A stretch of 64,000 bases of DNA. Source: Gemmatimonadales bacterium. Lineage in GTDB: Bacteria; Gemmatimonadota; Gemmatimonadetes; Gemmatimonadales; GWC2-71-9. The notes beneath the pieces were generated by a model. The model was not told where the DNA came from. It searched no databases and saw nothing but the letters and a program-made list of their open reading frames with translations. Below, piece after piece: positions 52,708-63,481 of the stretch. Both the position numbers and the translations under genes were made by a program. Location of the stretch: positions 10,071 to 74,070 of the forward strand of contig DASYCE010000017.1 of the NCBI GenBank assembly GCA_036500345.1. Reading direction: 5' to 3'. Within the stretch, counting starts at the first letter, position 1; each line of letters opens with the position of its first letter.

Positions 52708-52762
52708 CAATTGCGGGACCGGGCACCATTTTTCTGTAGGACAAGTTCGAACCCCCACGGAT

Positions 52763-52778
52763 AATCACGTGAGTGATT
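52763..52778. promoter_or_regulatory. Palindrome AATCACGTGAGTGATT in an AT-richer intergenic patch
   Basis: Arms AATCAC/GTGATT (52763-52768 / 52773-52778) overlap a perfect TCACGTGA 8-mer. It lies ~40 nt upstream of the small ORF. Confidence 0.2.
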
Positions 52779-52820
52779 GTCTGATTCCTCATATGCATTG
52801 GAGTGCGTCACTTGTCGGTC

Positions 52821-53120
52821 ATGTTTCTCAAGCAGCTCAAACTGCATCGCGCGTCGCTCGAAGCGCGGATGCAGCGGCAGGGCGGGGCATCGGTCGAGCA
52901 GGAACTGGCACAGACACGGCAATTTCTGACCGCAACGAAGGATGAGCGGTGGCGGCGGCAGCTGATCAAGCGGATCAGGACACTGGAGGAATCGAAGCGC
53001 GGTTCGGCCGATGCCAGTGACCTGCAGCGGCGATTCCGGATGGTTGATGATCTGTATCAGTACATCGACAAGCATCCGGACTACAACAAGACCCGGAAAC
53101 GCCGCAAGCCGGCCGGCTGA
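52821..53120 (+). CDS. Small basic hypothetical protein
   Basis: 99-aa ORF (MFLKQLKLHRASLEARMQRQ...KTRKRRKPAG) with reasonable GC3. I recognise no family. GTG 52803 is an alternative start. Confidence 0.4.
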   Translation: MFLKQLKLHRASLEARMQRQGGASVEQELAQTRQFLTATKDERWRRQLIKRIRTLEESKRGSADASDLQRRFRMVDDLYQYIDKHPDYNKTRKRRKPAG

Positions 53121-53194
53121 GCGCACCTCGGGCGCCAACGGATCCCCTTCGTCGGCGCCGTCGGCCGCGGTAGCTTTGGTCGGCCCGAGTACCC

Positions 53195-53267
53195 GGGGCG
53201 TTAGCTCAATTGGGAGAGCGCCGCCTTTGCAAGGCGGAGGTTATCGGTTCGATCCCGATACGCTCCA
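53195..53267 (+). tRNA. tRNA-Ala (anticodon TGC), CCA not encoded
   Basis: GGGGCGT-TA-GCTC-AATTGGGA-GAGC-G-CCGCC-TTTGCAA-GGCGG-AGGTT-ATCGG-TTCGATC-CCGAT-ACGCTCC-A folds into a standard cloverleaf. It has the G3:U70 alanine identity pair and the GTTCGATCC T-loop. Confidence 0.95.
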
Positions 53268-53297
53268 TACCGATACCACTTTCATCCTCCACGCCAG

Positions 53298-54719
53298 GTG
53301 CTCATGCGACGCTCCCTGCTGCTTTGGTCCCGTCCTGCTGCCGGACTCGCCGCGATCGGGTTCCTTCTGGCCGGATGCAGCGGCGGAGCGATGTCGCCGG
53401 ACAAGGCGAAGCACACGCCGGTGGTCGAGGCCGCCGGCGGCACCCTGTCCGGAGCGGTGCTCGACAGCTGGCTTGTCGCCATCAAGCAGCAGCGGCCCAG
53501 TCCGGTCGTCGCCAACGAACTGGTAAGCGCCTGGATCAACTCCGCGCTGGTCATCGACGCGATACGCCACAACGGCCAGTTGACCGATTCAGTCACCATC
53601 GATTCGGTGATCCTCCCCGACGCGGAACGAGGCATTGCAGCGCAATACTTTGCCACTCGCGCCGCGGCGCGTCCGGCGGTCACTGATGCCCAGGTCGACT
53701 CGCTGATCAACCTCGACCGGGTCCGCGTCTTCCAGCAGATCCTCTTCCGGGCGCCGCCACACGTCGACTCTGCGCAGGCCGCCACGATCGTGGGACACGC
53801 TCGCCTGGCGCTGACCCGGCTGCGCGGCGGCGCCGATTTCTCCTCGCTGGTGAAATCGATGTCGGAGGACAGCGCCAGTCGCGCCAACGGCGGCTACATC
53901 CCGCCGCTGTCGCGCAACCTGATTCCGCAGCAGTTCTCGACGATCTGGACCCTCCGACCCAATGACTTCTCGTTGATCGTGCAGAGTCCGATCGGCCTCC
54001 ACATCTTCCGCCGCGCCAACCGCGACGAATCAAAGCCGATGCTCCGCGCGTGGCTCGCTCCGATTCTCGCACGCCATGCCGACTCGCTGTTCGTCGACTC
54101 GCTCGCTCGCGCCCATCACATCGCGATCGCTCCGGGCGCGCGGGTCGAAGTGCGCAGCATCGCGCATGAGCCGGTGGTCGCCGCCGCCGGCGCACCGCTG
54201 GTCACCTGGGACGGCGGATCGCTCACCCCGGCGGAGGTGCGCAGCGCGATGCTGATGCTGCAGCCGGCCGAACGGGTGGTACTCACCGACGCCTCCGATT
54301 CCACCATCACGCAGTTCCTCAAGGGGCTGGCCCGCGAACGGATCACCATCGCCAGCATCAGCACGACGCCGATCCCCACTCCCGAGGCGCGGCGCACCCT
54401 CGTGCCGGCGTATCAGCAGATCATGGATTCGATGAAGGCGGCGTTCGCGCGGCTCCCCGCCACCGGCTCCGCGGCAGATGCAGCGACGATGCTGATGGAC
54501 AGTGTGGTGGCCCAGCGCGCTCGCTACTTCCCGCTGCCCGGCGCCCTCGGCACCATCCTGCGCTCACGGTCGCCGGTCAAGGTGAACCAGACGGCGCTCA
54601 ACGGCGTAATCGCGGGAGCCGCCGTCGAATGGCAGCAGGTCCACAAGAACGATTCGACGCCGAGCCGCACGCCGACCCGCCCAGCGAAACCGGCAGCTGG
54701 ACGCAACCCGTCGAATTGA
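53298..54719 (+). CDS. Parvulin-type peptidyl-prolyl isomerase (SurA/PpiD-like periplasmic chaperone lipoprotein)
   Basis: Lipobox FLLAGC. Parvulin core GGADFSSLVKSMSEDSASRANGGYIPP...VQSPIGLHIFRR. Long helical flanking regions as in SurA/PpiD. Confidence 0.75.
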   Translation: MLMRRSLLLWSRPAAGLAAIGFLLAGCSGGAMSPDKAKHTPVVEAAGGTLSGAVLDSWLVAIKQQRPSPVVANELVSAWINSALVIDAIRHNGQLTDSVTIDSVILPDAERGIAAQYFATRAAARPAVTDAQVDSLINLDRVRVFQQILFRAPPHVDSAQAATIVGHARLALTRLRGGADFSSLVKSMSEDSASRANGGYIPPLSRNLIPQQFSTIWTLRPNDFSLIVQSPIGLHIFRRANRDESKPMLRAWLAPILARHADSLFVDSLARAHHIAIAPGARVEVRSIAHEPVVAAAGAPLVTWDGGSLTPAEVRSAMLMLQPAERVVLTDASDSTITQFLKGLARERITIASISTTPIPTPEARRTLVPAYQQIMDSMKAAFARLPATGSAADAATMLMDSVVAQRARYFPLPGALGTILRSRSPVKVNQTALNGVIAGAAVEWQQVHKNDSTPSRTPTRPAKPAAGRNPSN

Positions 54720-54764
54720 GGGAGCTATGAAGCCACGCCGGCGGCAGCCGGCATGGCGAGGGAA

Positions 54765-55265
54765 CTACAGCGCGGCGGGTCCGTTCTCCACGGCGCGTCG
54801 CGCCGACACCGCCAGCAGCTGACGGAGCCGTCGCCGCTCGGCGCGAGGGTAGGGATGCCTGGGCGACAGCCGGGCCCAGCCGTCCGGTCCGTGACCGACC
54901 CAGAGGACATCGAGCACCAGCACGAGTTCTCGCGCCAGCACCGCAAGCGGCACCGCGATCGCCACCGACCGCTCTTGCGACATGACCATGTTGGCGCTGC
55001 CGGAACTCCGGTCGGCCCAGCTGTGAATCCGGATGTGGACTGCCGTTCCGCGCCGCTCGAAGGTCCATTCGTGCACGCCGGGAGCATCCTCCAGGACCAC
55101 GGAGGCGCGGTCGGCACCTTCGAGGAGCGTGGCGGTCGCCCGCGCCAGGTCGCCCAGCGCATCGGTCTGGTCGGTTGCCTGCATGGCAACGCGCAGATCG
55201 TCGGCCTCGAGGGCGACAACCGCGTGTCCCGGGGATGTCAGCGCAAACCGCAACGACAACGCCAT
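54765..55265 (-). CDS. Hypothetical protein
   Basis: Trimmed to ATG 55265. High GC3 and a protein-like composition (MALSLRFALTSPGHAVVALEADDLRVAMQ...HEWTFERRGTAVHIRIHSW...). The overlapping plus-strand ORF is Arg/His-rich junk. Confidence 0.45.
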   Translation of the reverse strand: MALSLRFALTSPGHAVVALEADDLRVAMQATDQTDALGDLARATATLLEGADRASVVLEDAPGVHEWTFERRGTAVHIRIHSWADRSSGSANMVMSQERSVAIAVPLAVLARELVLVLDVLWVGHGPDGWARLSPRHPYPRAERRRLRQLLAVSARRAVENGPAAL

Positions 55266-55360
55266 GATGTGATCTCCCTGCCAACAGTATCGACCAGAAG
55301 GATGGTGATCCGCAACAGTGAGTGGTGCCGACGGCCCCATGCACCCAGATTGTCCCTTCG

Positions 55361-56599
55361 ATGTCGGAACTTCTCTTCTGGCTTTCGCTTCCACTCCTGC
55401 TGGTCCCCTGGGCAGCCTGCGACGACAGGCGCGGTGCCGCCGCCGGACAACTGATCATCGCGGGGCTCGGTCTCGCCGCGCTGCATCAGGGAGTCGGCAC
55501 GTTGGATCCGCGCGACCTCCACGATCTCGTCGCCCGGTCGGGAAGCGACGCATGGTTCATCGGGCTCACTGCGGGTTTCATGATCAGCGGCGGATGCCTC
55601 TTCCCTGATCCGCGGCGCTGGGTTCGCGTGGTGCTGGGCGTGCCACTCATCGCCGCACTCCTGTTTGCCGTCCTTCCCCAGGGCACTGTCGCGCTGCTGA
55701 CAGGCGCGCTCATCGGCGTGCTGCCGTGGCTCGCGGGACGTTTTCTCCTGTCGCGTGGCTGGGTCCGCGGCCGGCGCGGCGAAAGCGACGTGGTTGCCGA
55801 TGCGGTGCCTGCGCCGCTGACGCATCCGTTGTTGCGCCTCGACCGGCGAGTGCCGTCGTTGCTCCTCGCCACCCTGGTGATGATCGCGGCGCGCTTCGGC
55901 CCGATCGTCGTTGCGCTCGTCGCACTGGTGGCGCTGGTGTGGCGGGAATGGTGGCTCAATGCCGACACCGCTGCACCGCGTCCGCTACCGTTTCTTCCGC
56001 TGCTCGCGTCATTGGCGCTCGGCGTCTGGGGGTGGCTGGCAATGACGATCGCCGGCTCGCCCGGGACGTCGCTGTGGGCGTTCGGTTCGACGGCGCCGGT
56101 GTCGGACGCCGCCTCCGAATGGCTCGCAGTGATCGCGATCGCGTGGATGATCGCGATGCTGCCGCCATGGCCGATCCGCCAGCTGTTCCGGTCGCGGATC
56201 CTCCCGGTGGTTGCGGTCGCCGTGGTCGAACTCGCCGTCACCCGCGGGAGCTCCAGCGGGCTCGACCACTGGCAGCCGCTCCTGACGCTGTGCCTGGTGG
56301 TTGCCGCGATCGGCGCCTCGATCCGCCGCCACCCCGATGGTCTGGCCGCGGCACTGGTACTCCTCGCGGCGACGCGAGCAGGCCCGATGAGCGTGATTGC
56401 CGCCTCGCTCGCCGCACTGATTCCGATCGGCCGGCGGCTGGTGCGCCCGGGGCGGGCGTACAGCGTCTACGTCGGAGTGACCGGTGCAATGATCGTCGCC
56501 TCGGTGCTGCGCGATCAGGTGCTCCTCGCGGTGATGCTCGGGATGGTGCTCGCCTCCGCGGCCAACGCGCTCGATCACGTCGTTGCTGGACCGTCATAG
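55361..56599 (+). CDS. Polytopic integral membrane protein, unknown family
   Basis: Trimmed to ATG 55361. About 10 hydrophobic helices separated by Arg-rich loops. I recognise no motif. Confidence 0.55.
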   Translation: MSELLFWLSLPLLLVPWAACDDRRGAAAGQLIIAGLGLAALHQGVGTLDPRDLHDLVARSGSDAWFIGLTAGFMISGGCLFPDPRRWVRVVLGVPLIAALLFAVLPQGTVALLTGALIGVLPWLAGRFLLSRGWVRGRRGESDVVADAVPAPLTHPLLRLDRRVPSLLLATLVMIAARFGPIVVALVALVALVWREWWLNADTAAPRPLPFLPLLASLALGVWGWLAMTIAGSPGTSLWAFGSTAPVSDAASEWLAVIAIAWMIAMLPPWPIRQLFRSRILPVVAVAVVELAVTRGSSSGLDHWQPLLTLCLVVAAIGASIRRHPDGLAAALVLLAATRAGPMSVIAASLAALIPIGRRLVRPGRAYSVYVGVTGAMIVASVLRDQVLLAVMLGMVLASAANALDHVVAGPS

Positions 56600-56644
56600 A
56601 TGGCTCATCTTTCGAGCCCATCTCACCCGCGCAGGAGCTGACCG

Positions 56645-57253
<609 letters not shown>

Positions 57254-57260
57254 GTCGCTG

Positions 57261-57728
57261 ATGGCCACGTCACATCCCGCGGTCGGTTCGCCGGCCCCCG
57301 ATTTCACGCTCAAGTCGACCTCCGGTCAGGAGGTCACGCTGTCGTCGTTTGCCGGACGCAAGAACGTCCTGCTGGCGTTCTTTCCGTTGGCGTTCACCAG
57401 TACGTGCACGACGGAGATGCGTGCCTTCACCGACGATATCACCCATTTCGAGAGCAAGGACACCATCGTCCTCCCCATCAGCGTCGACTCGACCGCGACG
57501 CTCAAGGAATTCAAGGCGAAGTGGCAGATGACCTTCGACCTCCTCAGTGATTTCAAGCGGGGCGTGTCGCGACTGTACGGTGTGCTCGACGAGGAGGCGT
57601 TCTATTCCAGGCGTGCGTACATCGTGATCGACAAGCAGGGGATCACGCGCTGGGTCTGGGAAGAGAAGAACGCGGGAGATCGGCGAGAGAACGCCGAGCT
57701 GCTCGAGGTGCTGGCGCGGCTGGGGTAG
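57261..57728 (+). CDS. Peroxiredoxin (AhpC/TSA family, AhpE/Bcp-like)
   Basis: [22 protein letters not shown] contains the peroxidatic Cys motif (T-x-x-C). It starts 8 nt after sodA. Confidence 0.85.
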   Translation: MATSHPAVGSPAPDFTLKSTSGQEVTLSSFAGRKNVLLAFFPLAFTSTCTTEMRAFTDDITHFESKDTIVLPISVDSTATLKEFKAKWQMTFDLLSDFKRGVSRLYGVLDEEAFYSRRAYIVIDKQGITRWVWEEKNAGDRRENAELLEVLARLG

Positions 57729-57773
57729 CGCGCCGGCACTTGCATCAGACCGGCGTCGCGCCACCTTCCAGAC

Positions 57774-58244
57774 GTGCGGTTCACCCGGATCATTTCCCCC
57801 TTGTCGCTTCTCATGGCCATGGCGTGCCACTTCCAGGATCGGACCCCTGGCAGTACGCGCCATGACGAAGCGGCGTTGCAGTCGGCTGCCACGGCGTTCT
57901 ATCAGGCGCTGGGACGTGGCGACTCTGCTGCGCTCCGTCGCGTCACGCTGCCGACCGCGACGGCGCTGATCGCGCCCGACCGCGGTCCGGCGGTGCAGAT
58001 CCCGGTCGCAGCCCTCTTCGACGCCAGGGAGCGGCGGGAGCAGTCGGGGGGCGCCCGGATCGCCCGAACCGAACTGCACCCCGATGGCGATGTCGCCACC
58101 GTGCGACTGGTGGTCGTGGCGGGAAGTCTCGACGGCCAGGGCGAATACGAAGCCGCGGATGTGCTCACCCTCGCCCGCCGGGACGGCGGCTGGCTCGTCG
58201 CGCACGCGGTGCTCGGCACGTGGCGGATCAGGTCGGCGCCGTGA
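57774..58244 (+). CDS. NTF2-like (SnoaL/DUF4440-type) small exported protein
   Basis: N-terminal hydrophobic segment. AATAFYQALGRGDSAALRRV...ADVLTLARRDGGWLVAHAV resembles SnoaL/DUF4440 cone-shaped folds. Weak call. Confidence 0.45.
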   Translation: MRFTRIISPLSLLMAMACHFQDRTPGSTRHDEAALQSAATAFYQALGRGDSAALRRVTLPTATALIAPDRGPAVQIPVAALFDARERREQSGGARIARTELHPDGDVATVRLVVVAGSLDGQGEYEAADVLTLARRDGGWLVAHAVLGTWRIRSAP

Positions 58245-59685
58245 CCGATCCCGGCCGGATGGTGCCGCCGCCGCTCGCCGTCGTCGCCGGCGCAGCTCGC
58301 GCACTGGCGAGCGTCGATACCCCGACCGAGCGGCTCAGGGCGCTCTGCCAGCACCTGCGCGCCGCGTTACCGGCAGCCGAGGTGCGCTTTCGCGCCGGGG
58401 CCCGGCGCACCGACCGCACGGGCGCGGGCGACGGCGCGATCTCCGGCCTGGTGCCGCTCACGGTGTCGATTCCGTGGCGTGACGGCCGCGTCGCGGTCCT
58501 CGAAGTCGTCGACTCGCCCCGTCCTCTTGCCGAGCTGCGTCCGATCGTGGAAACGATCGCCGCCCTTCTTGCGACGGTCCTCCCCGCGTTCGATACCGAT
58601 GAGCACGATGACGGTGGCGTCGTCAGCCGCCTCCACCGGCTCACCATCGATTCGTTGCCGGTCGGCCTGTATGTCGTCGATCGCGAATACCGCGTCGTGC
58701 TCTGGAACCGCAAGCGCGAAACCGGCACTCAGGGGTTGCGTCGAGGTGACGTTCTCGGGAAGCGGGTGCTCGACATCCTTCGCCGCCAGCCGCCCGAGGT
58801 GCTGCGCGCCGAATTCGATGTGGTCTTCGCCACCGGCGACGTCCGCGTGAGCGAGCAGGACGTGCATGTCGGCAACGAGGTGCGCACCTATCGGACCTCG
58901 CGCCTGCCGATGCGGCTCGACGGCACGGTCGTGTCGCATGTGATCACCATCGGCGAGGATGTGACGGAAACCCGCGCCATCCAGCGCGCCATGCACCAGA
59001 CCGAAAAGCTGGCCGCCGTCGGACAGCTTGCGGCCGGCGTGATGCACGAGATCAACAATCCGCTGGCGACGATCGGCGGCTGCGTGGCGGCGATCGCATC
59101 ACGCGTGGAAGGGGCCGAGCCGGTGGTGAAGGAGTATCTCGAGATGATCGAGAGCGAAGTGAGCCGCTGCACCAACATCATCGACGGCCTCCTCGACTTC
59201 TCGCGTGCGGGGCGCGCGGCGGGCTCCTTCGAACCCGCGGACGTCAACGCGCTGCTCGACCGGACGCTGGCACTCCTCAAGCACCACCAGCGATTCCGCC
59301 GCCTCAACGTGACGCGCGAGTACCAGGATCCGTTGCCGCGCATCTCCGGCAATTCCGAACGGCTGATCCAGGCGGCAATGGCGATCCTGCTCAATGCGGC
59401 GGATGCCACGGGCGGCAAGGGGAATGTCGTGGTGCGGACCCGCTCCGAGGGATCGTCGGTCGTGGCGGAGTTCGAGGACGACGGTCCCGGTATTCCAGCG
59501 GACGTGGTGCCCAAGATCTTCGACCCGTTCTTCACCACCAAGGGGCCGGCCCGCGGCACCGGACTCGGCCTGGCCATCTGCTACGGCATCGTCGCCGATC
59601 ATCAGGGAGAGCTCGATGTGCGCAGCGAACCGGGGATCCGCACCATCTTTCGCATGACAATCCCGGCGATGGAAGAGGAGGCCGC

Positions 59686-59689
<4 letters not shown>
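58241..59689 (+). CDS. Cytoplasmic sensor histidine kinase (N-terminal GAF-like region, PAS, HisKA, HATPase)
   Basis: GTGA overlap with the previous stop; the track start is 58220 and ATG 58259 is also possible. PAS (LTIDSLPVGLYVVDREYRVVLWN), H-box AAGVMHEINNPLATIGG, G-boxes (DDGPGIP, GTGLGLAI). Confidence 0.85.
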
Positions 59690-60354
<665 letters not shown>

Positions 60355-61821
60355 ATGCAGTCGATCCGCATCCGGCTGGCGAAATACTATTCGCTGGCGT
60401 TGACGGCGACGATGGCCGCATTCGGTGCGGCGGTGTACTGGGAGCGGACGACCACGGCACCGCGCGAGGCCGAACTGCAACTCGATCGCGCGCTGGAGAG
60501 CGAGAGCACCTCGGCGACCCAGGTCCTGCGGCAGCAGGCGCGCACCCTCACGCCTGCCGTGCGCGCGACGCCAACCTCGGTCGATACGCTGATCAGCGGC
60601 GCGCGCCCCTATCTCAGCGCGATGGCCGACTACGTCTTCGTCGTCAATCCGCGGGGTGGCGTGGTGTACTCGTCACCGTCGGTGCAGTCGCTCTCCGAAA
60701 TCGCCGCGGTGCAGATCTCGTCGCTGCTGGTGCGCCGGCCGCTCCCCTCCGGGATCGGCAATCTCGACGGCGGCGCCAATCAGCCGCCGCTCCGCTTCGT
60801 CCTCACCGCGATCGATTCTGTCGATGAACTCGGCGGCGTCCTGGTGGCGGCGCGACGCGACGTCTTCTCGGCCGACCTCCAGAACATGCTCGTCTCGATG
60901 CTGATGATGGCGCCGCTCATCATCGTCACGTCGGGCGCGCTCGGATACTGGCTCGCCGGTCGTTCGCTACGTCCAGTCGAAGTGATGATCGAGGAGCTCG
61001 ACGACATTCAGGACGGTACGTCGCTCAACCGCCGGCTCGCGGTGCCACAAGGCGAAGACGAACTGTCGCGGCTGGGGCAGAAGCTCAACGACATGCTCGG
61101 CCGCGTCGAACAGTCGTTCGTGGCGCTCAGGCGCTTCACCGCCGACGCGTCGCACGAACTCAAGACGCCGCTGATGGTGCTCCGGGCCGGCGTCGAACGC
61201 TCCCTCACCCACCCGAAGACGCCGGGCGACATCGTCCCCGCGCTCGACGAAACGTTGCGCCAGGTCAACCAGATGAGCGAACTGGTCACCAACCTGCTGA
61301 CGCTGGCCCGGGCCGATGAGGGACGGGCGTCGCTGGCGCTCGTCGAGGTCGACCTCCGGACGCTGATGGCCGAGGCGGCGGAAACGGCGGAGATTCTCGG
61401 CGCCGAACGCGGCGTCGCGGTCAAGGTCGAGCAGCCGCCGTACGCGGTGAATCTGCCGGTGGACGCCGGGCGCATTCGTCAGCTGATGATGAACCTCGTC
61501 ACCAACGCCGTGCGCTACACGCCGGCCGGCGGGAAGGCGACGCTCCGGATCGTCGACGGCCCCGAGACCGTCACGATCGCCGTCCAGGACACCGGGATCG
61601 GCATCGCGCCGGGTGACCTGCCCAACGTCTTCGAGCGCTTCTGGCGGGCCGATCCGGCCCGGTCGCGCACCGGCGAACACCCGGGAACGGGCTTGGGACT
61701 GGCGATTTCCAAGTGGATCGTGGAGGCGCACGGCGGAACGATCTCTGCCCAGAGCCGCCCCGGCCGCGGGTCGACCTTCACGGTCGTCTTCCCCAAGCCG
61801 GTGACCACGCCGCCAGCATGA
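60355..61821 (+). CDS. Membrane sensor histidine kinase (TM, periplasmic domain, TM, HAMP, HisKA, HATPase; CusS/BaeS-like)
   Basis: The ATG directly abuts the regulator's TAG. HAMP (SLRPVEVMIEEL...ELSRLGQKLNDMLGRV), H-box FTADASHELKTPL, G-boxes (DTGIGIAPGD, GTGLGLAISK). Confidence 0.9.
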   Translation: MQSIRIRLAKYYSLALTATMAAFGAAVYWERTTTAPREAELQLDRALESESTSATQVLRQQARTLTPAVRATPTSVDTLISGARPYLSAMADYVFVVNPRGGVVYSSPSVQSLSEIAAVQISSLLVRRPLPSGIGNLDGGANQPPLRFVLTAIDSVDELGGVLVAARRDVFSADLQNMLVSMLMMAPLIIVTSGALGYWLAGRSLRPVEVMIEELDDIQDGTSLNRRLAVPQGEDELSRLGQKLNDMLGRVEQSFVALRRFTADASHELKTPLMVLRAGVERSLTHPKTPGDIVPALDETLRQVNQMSELVTNLLTLARADEGRASLALVEVDLRTLMAEAAETAEILGAERGVAVKVEQPPYAVNLPVDAGRIRQLMMNLVTNAVRYTPAGGKATLRIVDGPETVTIAVQDTGIGIAPGDLPNVFERFWRADPARSRTGEHPGTGLGLAISKWIVEAHGGTISAQSRPGRGSTFTVVFPKPVTTPPA

Positions 61822-61949
61822 CCCCCGGTGGTGGTCGTCGCGTAATCCGGTTGTCATGGAATTGTCATCCCGCGGTGACTCCGGCGCCAAGTGGACCAGA
61901 CAGATTCTTTCAGCGCTGGAAAACAGTTCCCTTGGTGGAGACCAACCGC

Positions 61950-62654
61950 ATGTTCGATAACCTCATCGAATCGAAGCCGAAGCGCGAGCGATCCTTGGGA
62001 CAGACGATCACCTCCGTGATCGTTCATGTGGCGCTCATCGCCGTTGGTGTGAAGCTGACGAGTGGCGCGGCCGAAACGGTGAAGAAGATCCTGGCGGATA
62101 CGCACATGGCGTTCCTGCAGCCGCCACCGCCGCCACCGCCGCCACCACCGCCGCCACCGGATCAGAAGGTGATCGTCTCCAACAACCCGCCACCCAAAGG
62201 GTTCCAGACGATCGTTCCGCCGAAGGTCGTGCCGACGGAGATTCCGCCGGTCGATCTCAACCAGAAGTTCGATGCCAAGAACTTCTCGGGCAAGGGCGTC
62301 GAGGGCGGCATCGCGAATGGTGTCATCGGTGGTACCGGTCCCGTGACGACGCAGGAGACGTACACCGACATCCAGGTCGATGACCCGGCGGCGCAGACTG
62401 CCTGCCCGCAGCCGAAATATCCGCCGGCGTTGCGGACGGTCGGCGTGCAGGGCTCGGTCACCTTGCGGTACGTCGTCGGCATCAACGGCAAGACGGAATC
62501 AGGCTCGGTCCAGGTCGTGAGCAGCACCAACAAGGCGTTCGAGGAGCCGGCGATCGAAACCATCAACGCCTGCACCTTCAAGCCCGCGAAGATCAAGGGC
62601 AGCGCGGTGCGGCAGCTGGTCGAGCAGAATGTGAAGTTCACCATCGGGGGATGA
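61950..62654 (+). CDS. tonB: TonB-family energy transducer
   Basis: Trimmed to ATG 61950. N-terminal anchor (SVIVHVALIAVGV), a 13-codon poly-Pro spacer, and a C-terminal TonB domain (PKYPPALRTVGVQGSVTLRYVVGINGK...FKPAKIKG). Confidence 0.85.
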   Translation: MFDNLIESKPKRERSLGQTITSVIVHVALIAVGVKLTSGAAETVKKILADTHMAFLQPPPPPPPPPPPPPDQKVIVSNNPPPKGFQTIVPPKVVPTEIPPVDLNQKFDAKNFSGKGVEGGIANGVIGGTGPVTTQETYTDIQVDDPAAQTACPQPKYPPALRTVGVQGSVTLRYVVGINGKTESGSVQVVSSTNKAFEEPAIETINACTFKPAKIKGSAVRQLVEQNVKFTIGG

Positions 62655-62728
62655 GGCGGCGCTTCGCCCCAGTTTCACGACGCGCCGCGCCGTCGCGGCC
62701 GCCAACCATCAGCACGAAAGGCATCAAG

Positions 62729-63481
62729 ATGAACGTCAGTTTGCTGAACATGTGGACCCAGGCAGGGACGTTTGCCAAGGGGATCGTGATTGTCCTGCTG
62801 GGCATGTCGATCTTCTCCCTCACCATCGTGGTGCAGAAGCTCATCAAGGTGAAGAAGAGCGAAAGCGGCACCCGCCGGTTCGCCCCGCAGTTCTCGCGCG
62901 CGATCCAGGAGGAGAACCTCGACCAGGCGATCACGCTCGCGGAGAAGAATCGCGATTCGCACGTCGCCCGCGTGCTGGGCGGCGCACTCTCCGAGGTGAA
63001 GCCGCTCCTGCGTGACCGTGCCACCGTCACCGCCGCCGACATCAACTCGGCCGAACGCGCCGTCGAGCGCCAGATGCTGATCGTTCTCGCCGAATTCAAG
63101 CGCGGCTCGGGCGTACTGGGCACTGTGGGCGCCACCGCGCCGTTCGTCGGCCTCCTCGGCACCACGATGGGTATCGTCGACGCGTTCCAGTCGATGTCGT
63201 CGGCGGGTGGCGCATCGGGTGGCCTCGCCGGCATCGGATCGGGCATCGCCGAGGCGCTGATCACCACGGCCATCGGCCTCATGGTGGCGATTCCGGCGGT
63301 GTGGGCGTACAACTACTTCACCACCAAGGTCGAGAACCTCACCGTCGAGATGACCTACACCTCGAAGGAACTGATCGACTACCTGATCAAGAGCGTGGGG
63401 AGCGAGTTCGGCCGCTCGATCTTCACCAAGGAGTTCCAGGCGACGAAGGCGGTGAGTGGCAGTGGCCATATCCACAGCTAG
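62729..63481 (+). CDS. exbB: MotA/TolQ/ExbB proton-channel protein
   Basis: Trimmed to ATG 62729. GTVGATAPFVGLLGTTMGIVDAF...GIAEALITTAIGLMVAIPAV is the ExbB/TolQ signature. Confidence 0.9.
   Translation: MNVSLLNMWTQAGTFAKGIVIVLLGMSIFSLTIVVQKLIKVKKSESGTRRFAPQFSRAIQEENLDQAITLAEKNRDSHVARVLGGALSEVKPLLRDRATVTAADINSAERAVERQMLIVLAEFKRGSGVLGTVGATAPFVGLLGTTMGIVDAFQSMSSAGGASGGLAGIGSGIAEALITTAIGLMVAIPAVWAYNYFTTKVENLTVEMTYTSKELIDYLIKSVGSEFGRSIFTKEFQATKAVSGSGHIHS

Noticed and set aside
54753-55454. 233-aa plus-strand ORF overlapping the hypothetical gene.
   Set aside because: Its translation is Arg/His/Gly-rich and low-complexity. The minus-strand ORF has the GC3 pattern and composition of a real protein.
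53195-56599. Possible tRNA-Ala-associated genomic island.
   Set aside because: I found no integrase or recombinase, no duplicated tRNA 3' segment, and no compositional break beyond the short patch upstream of the tRNA. The downstream genes are ordinary (PPIase, SOD and others).
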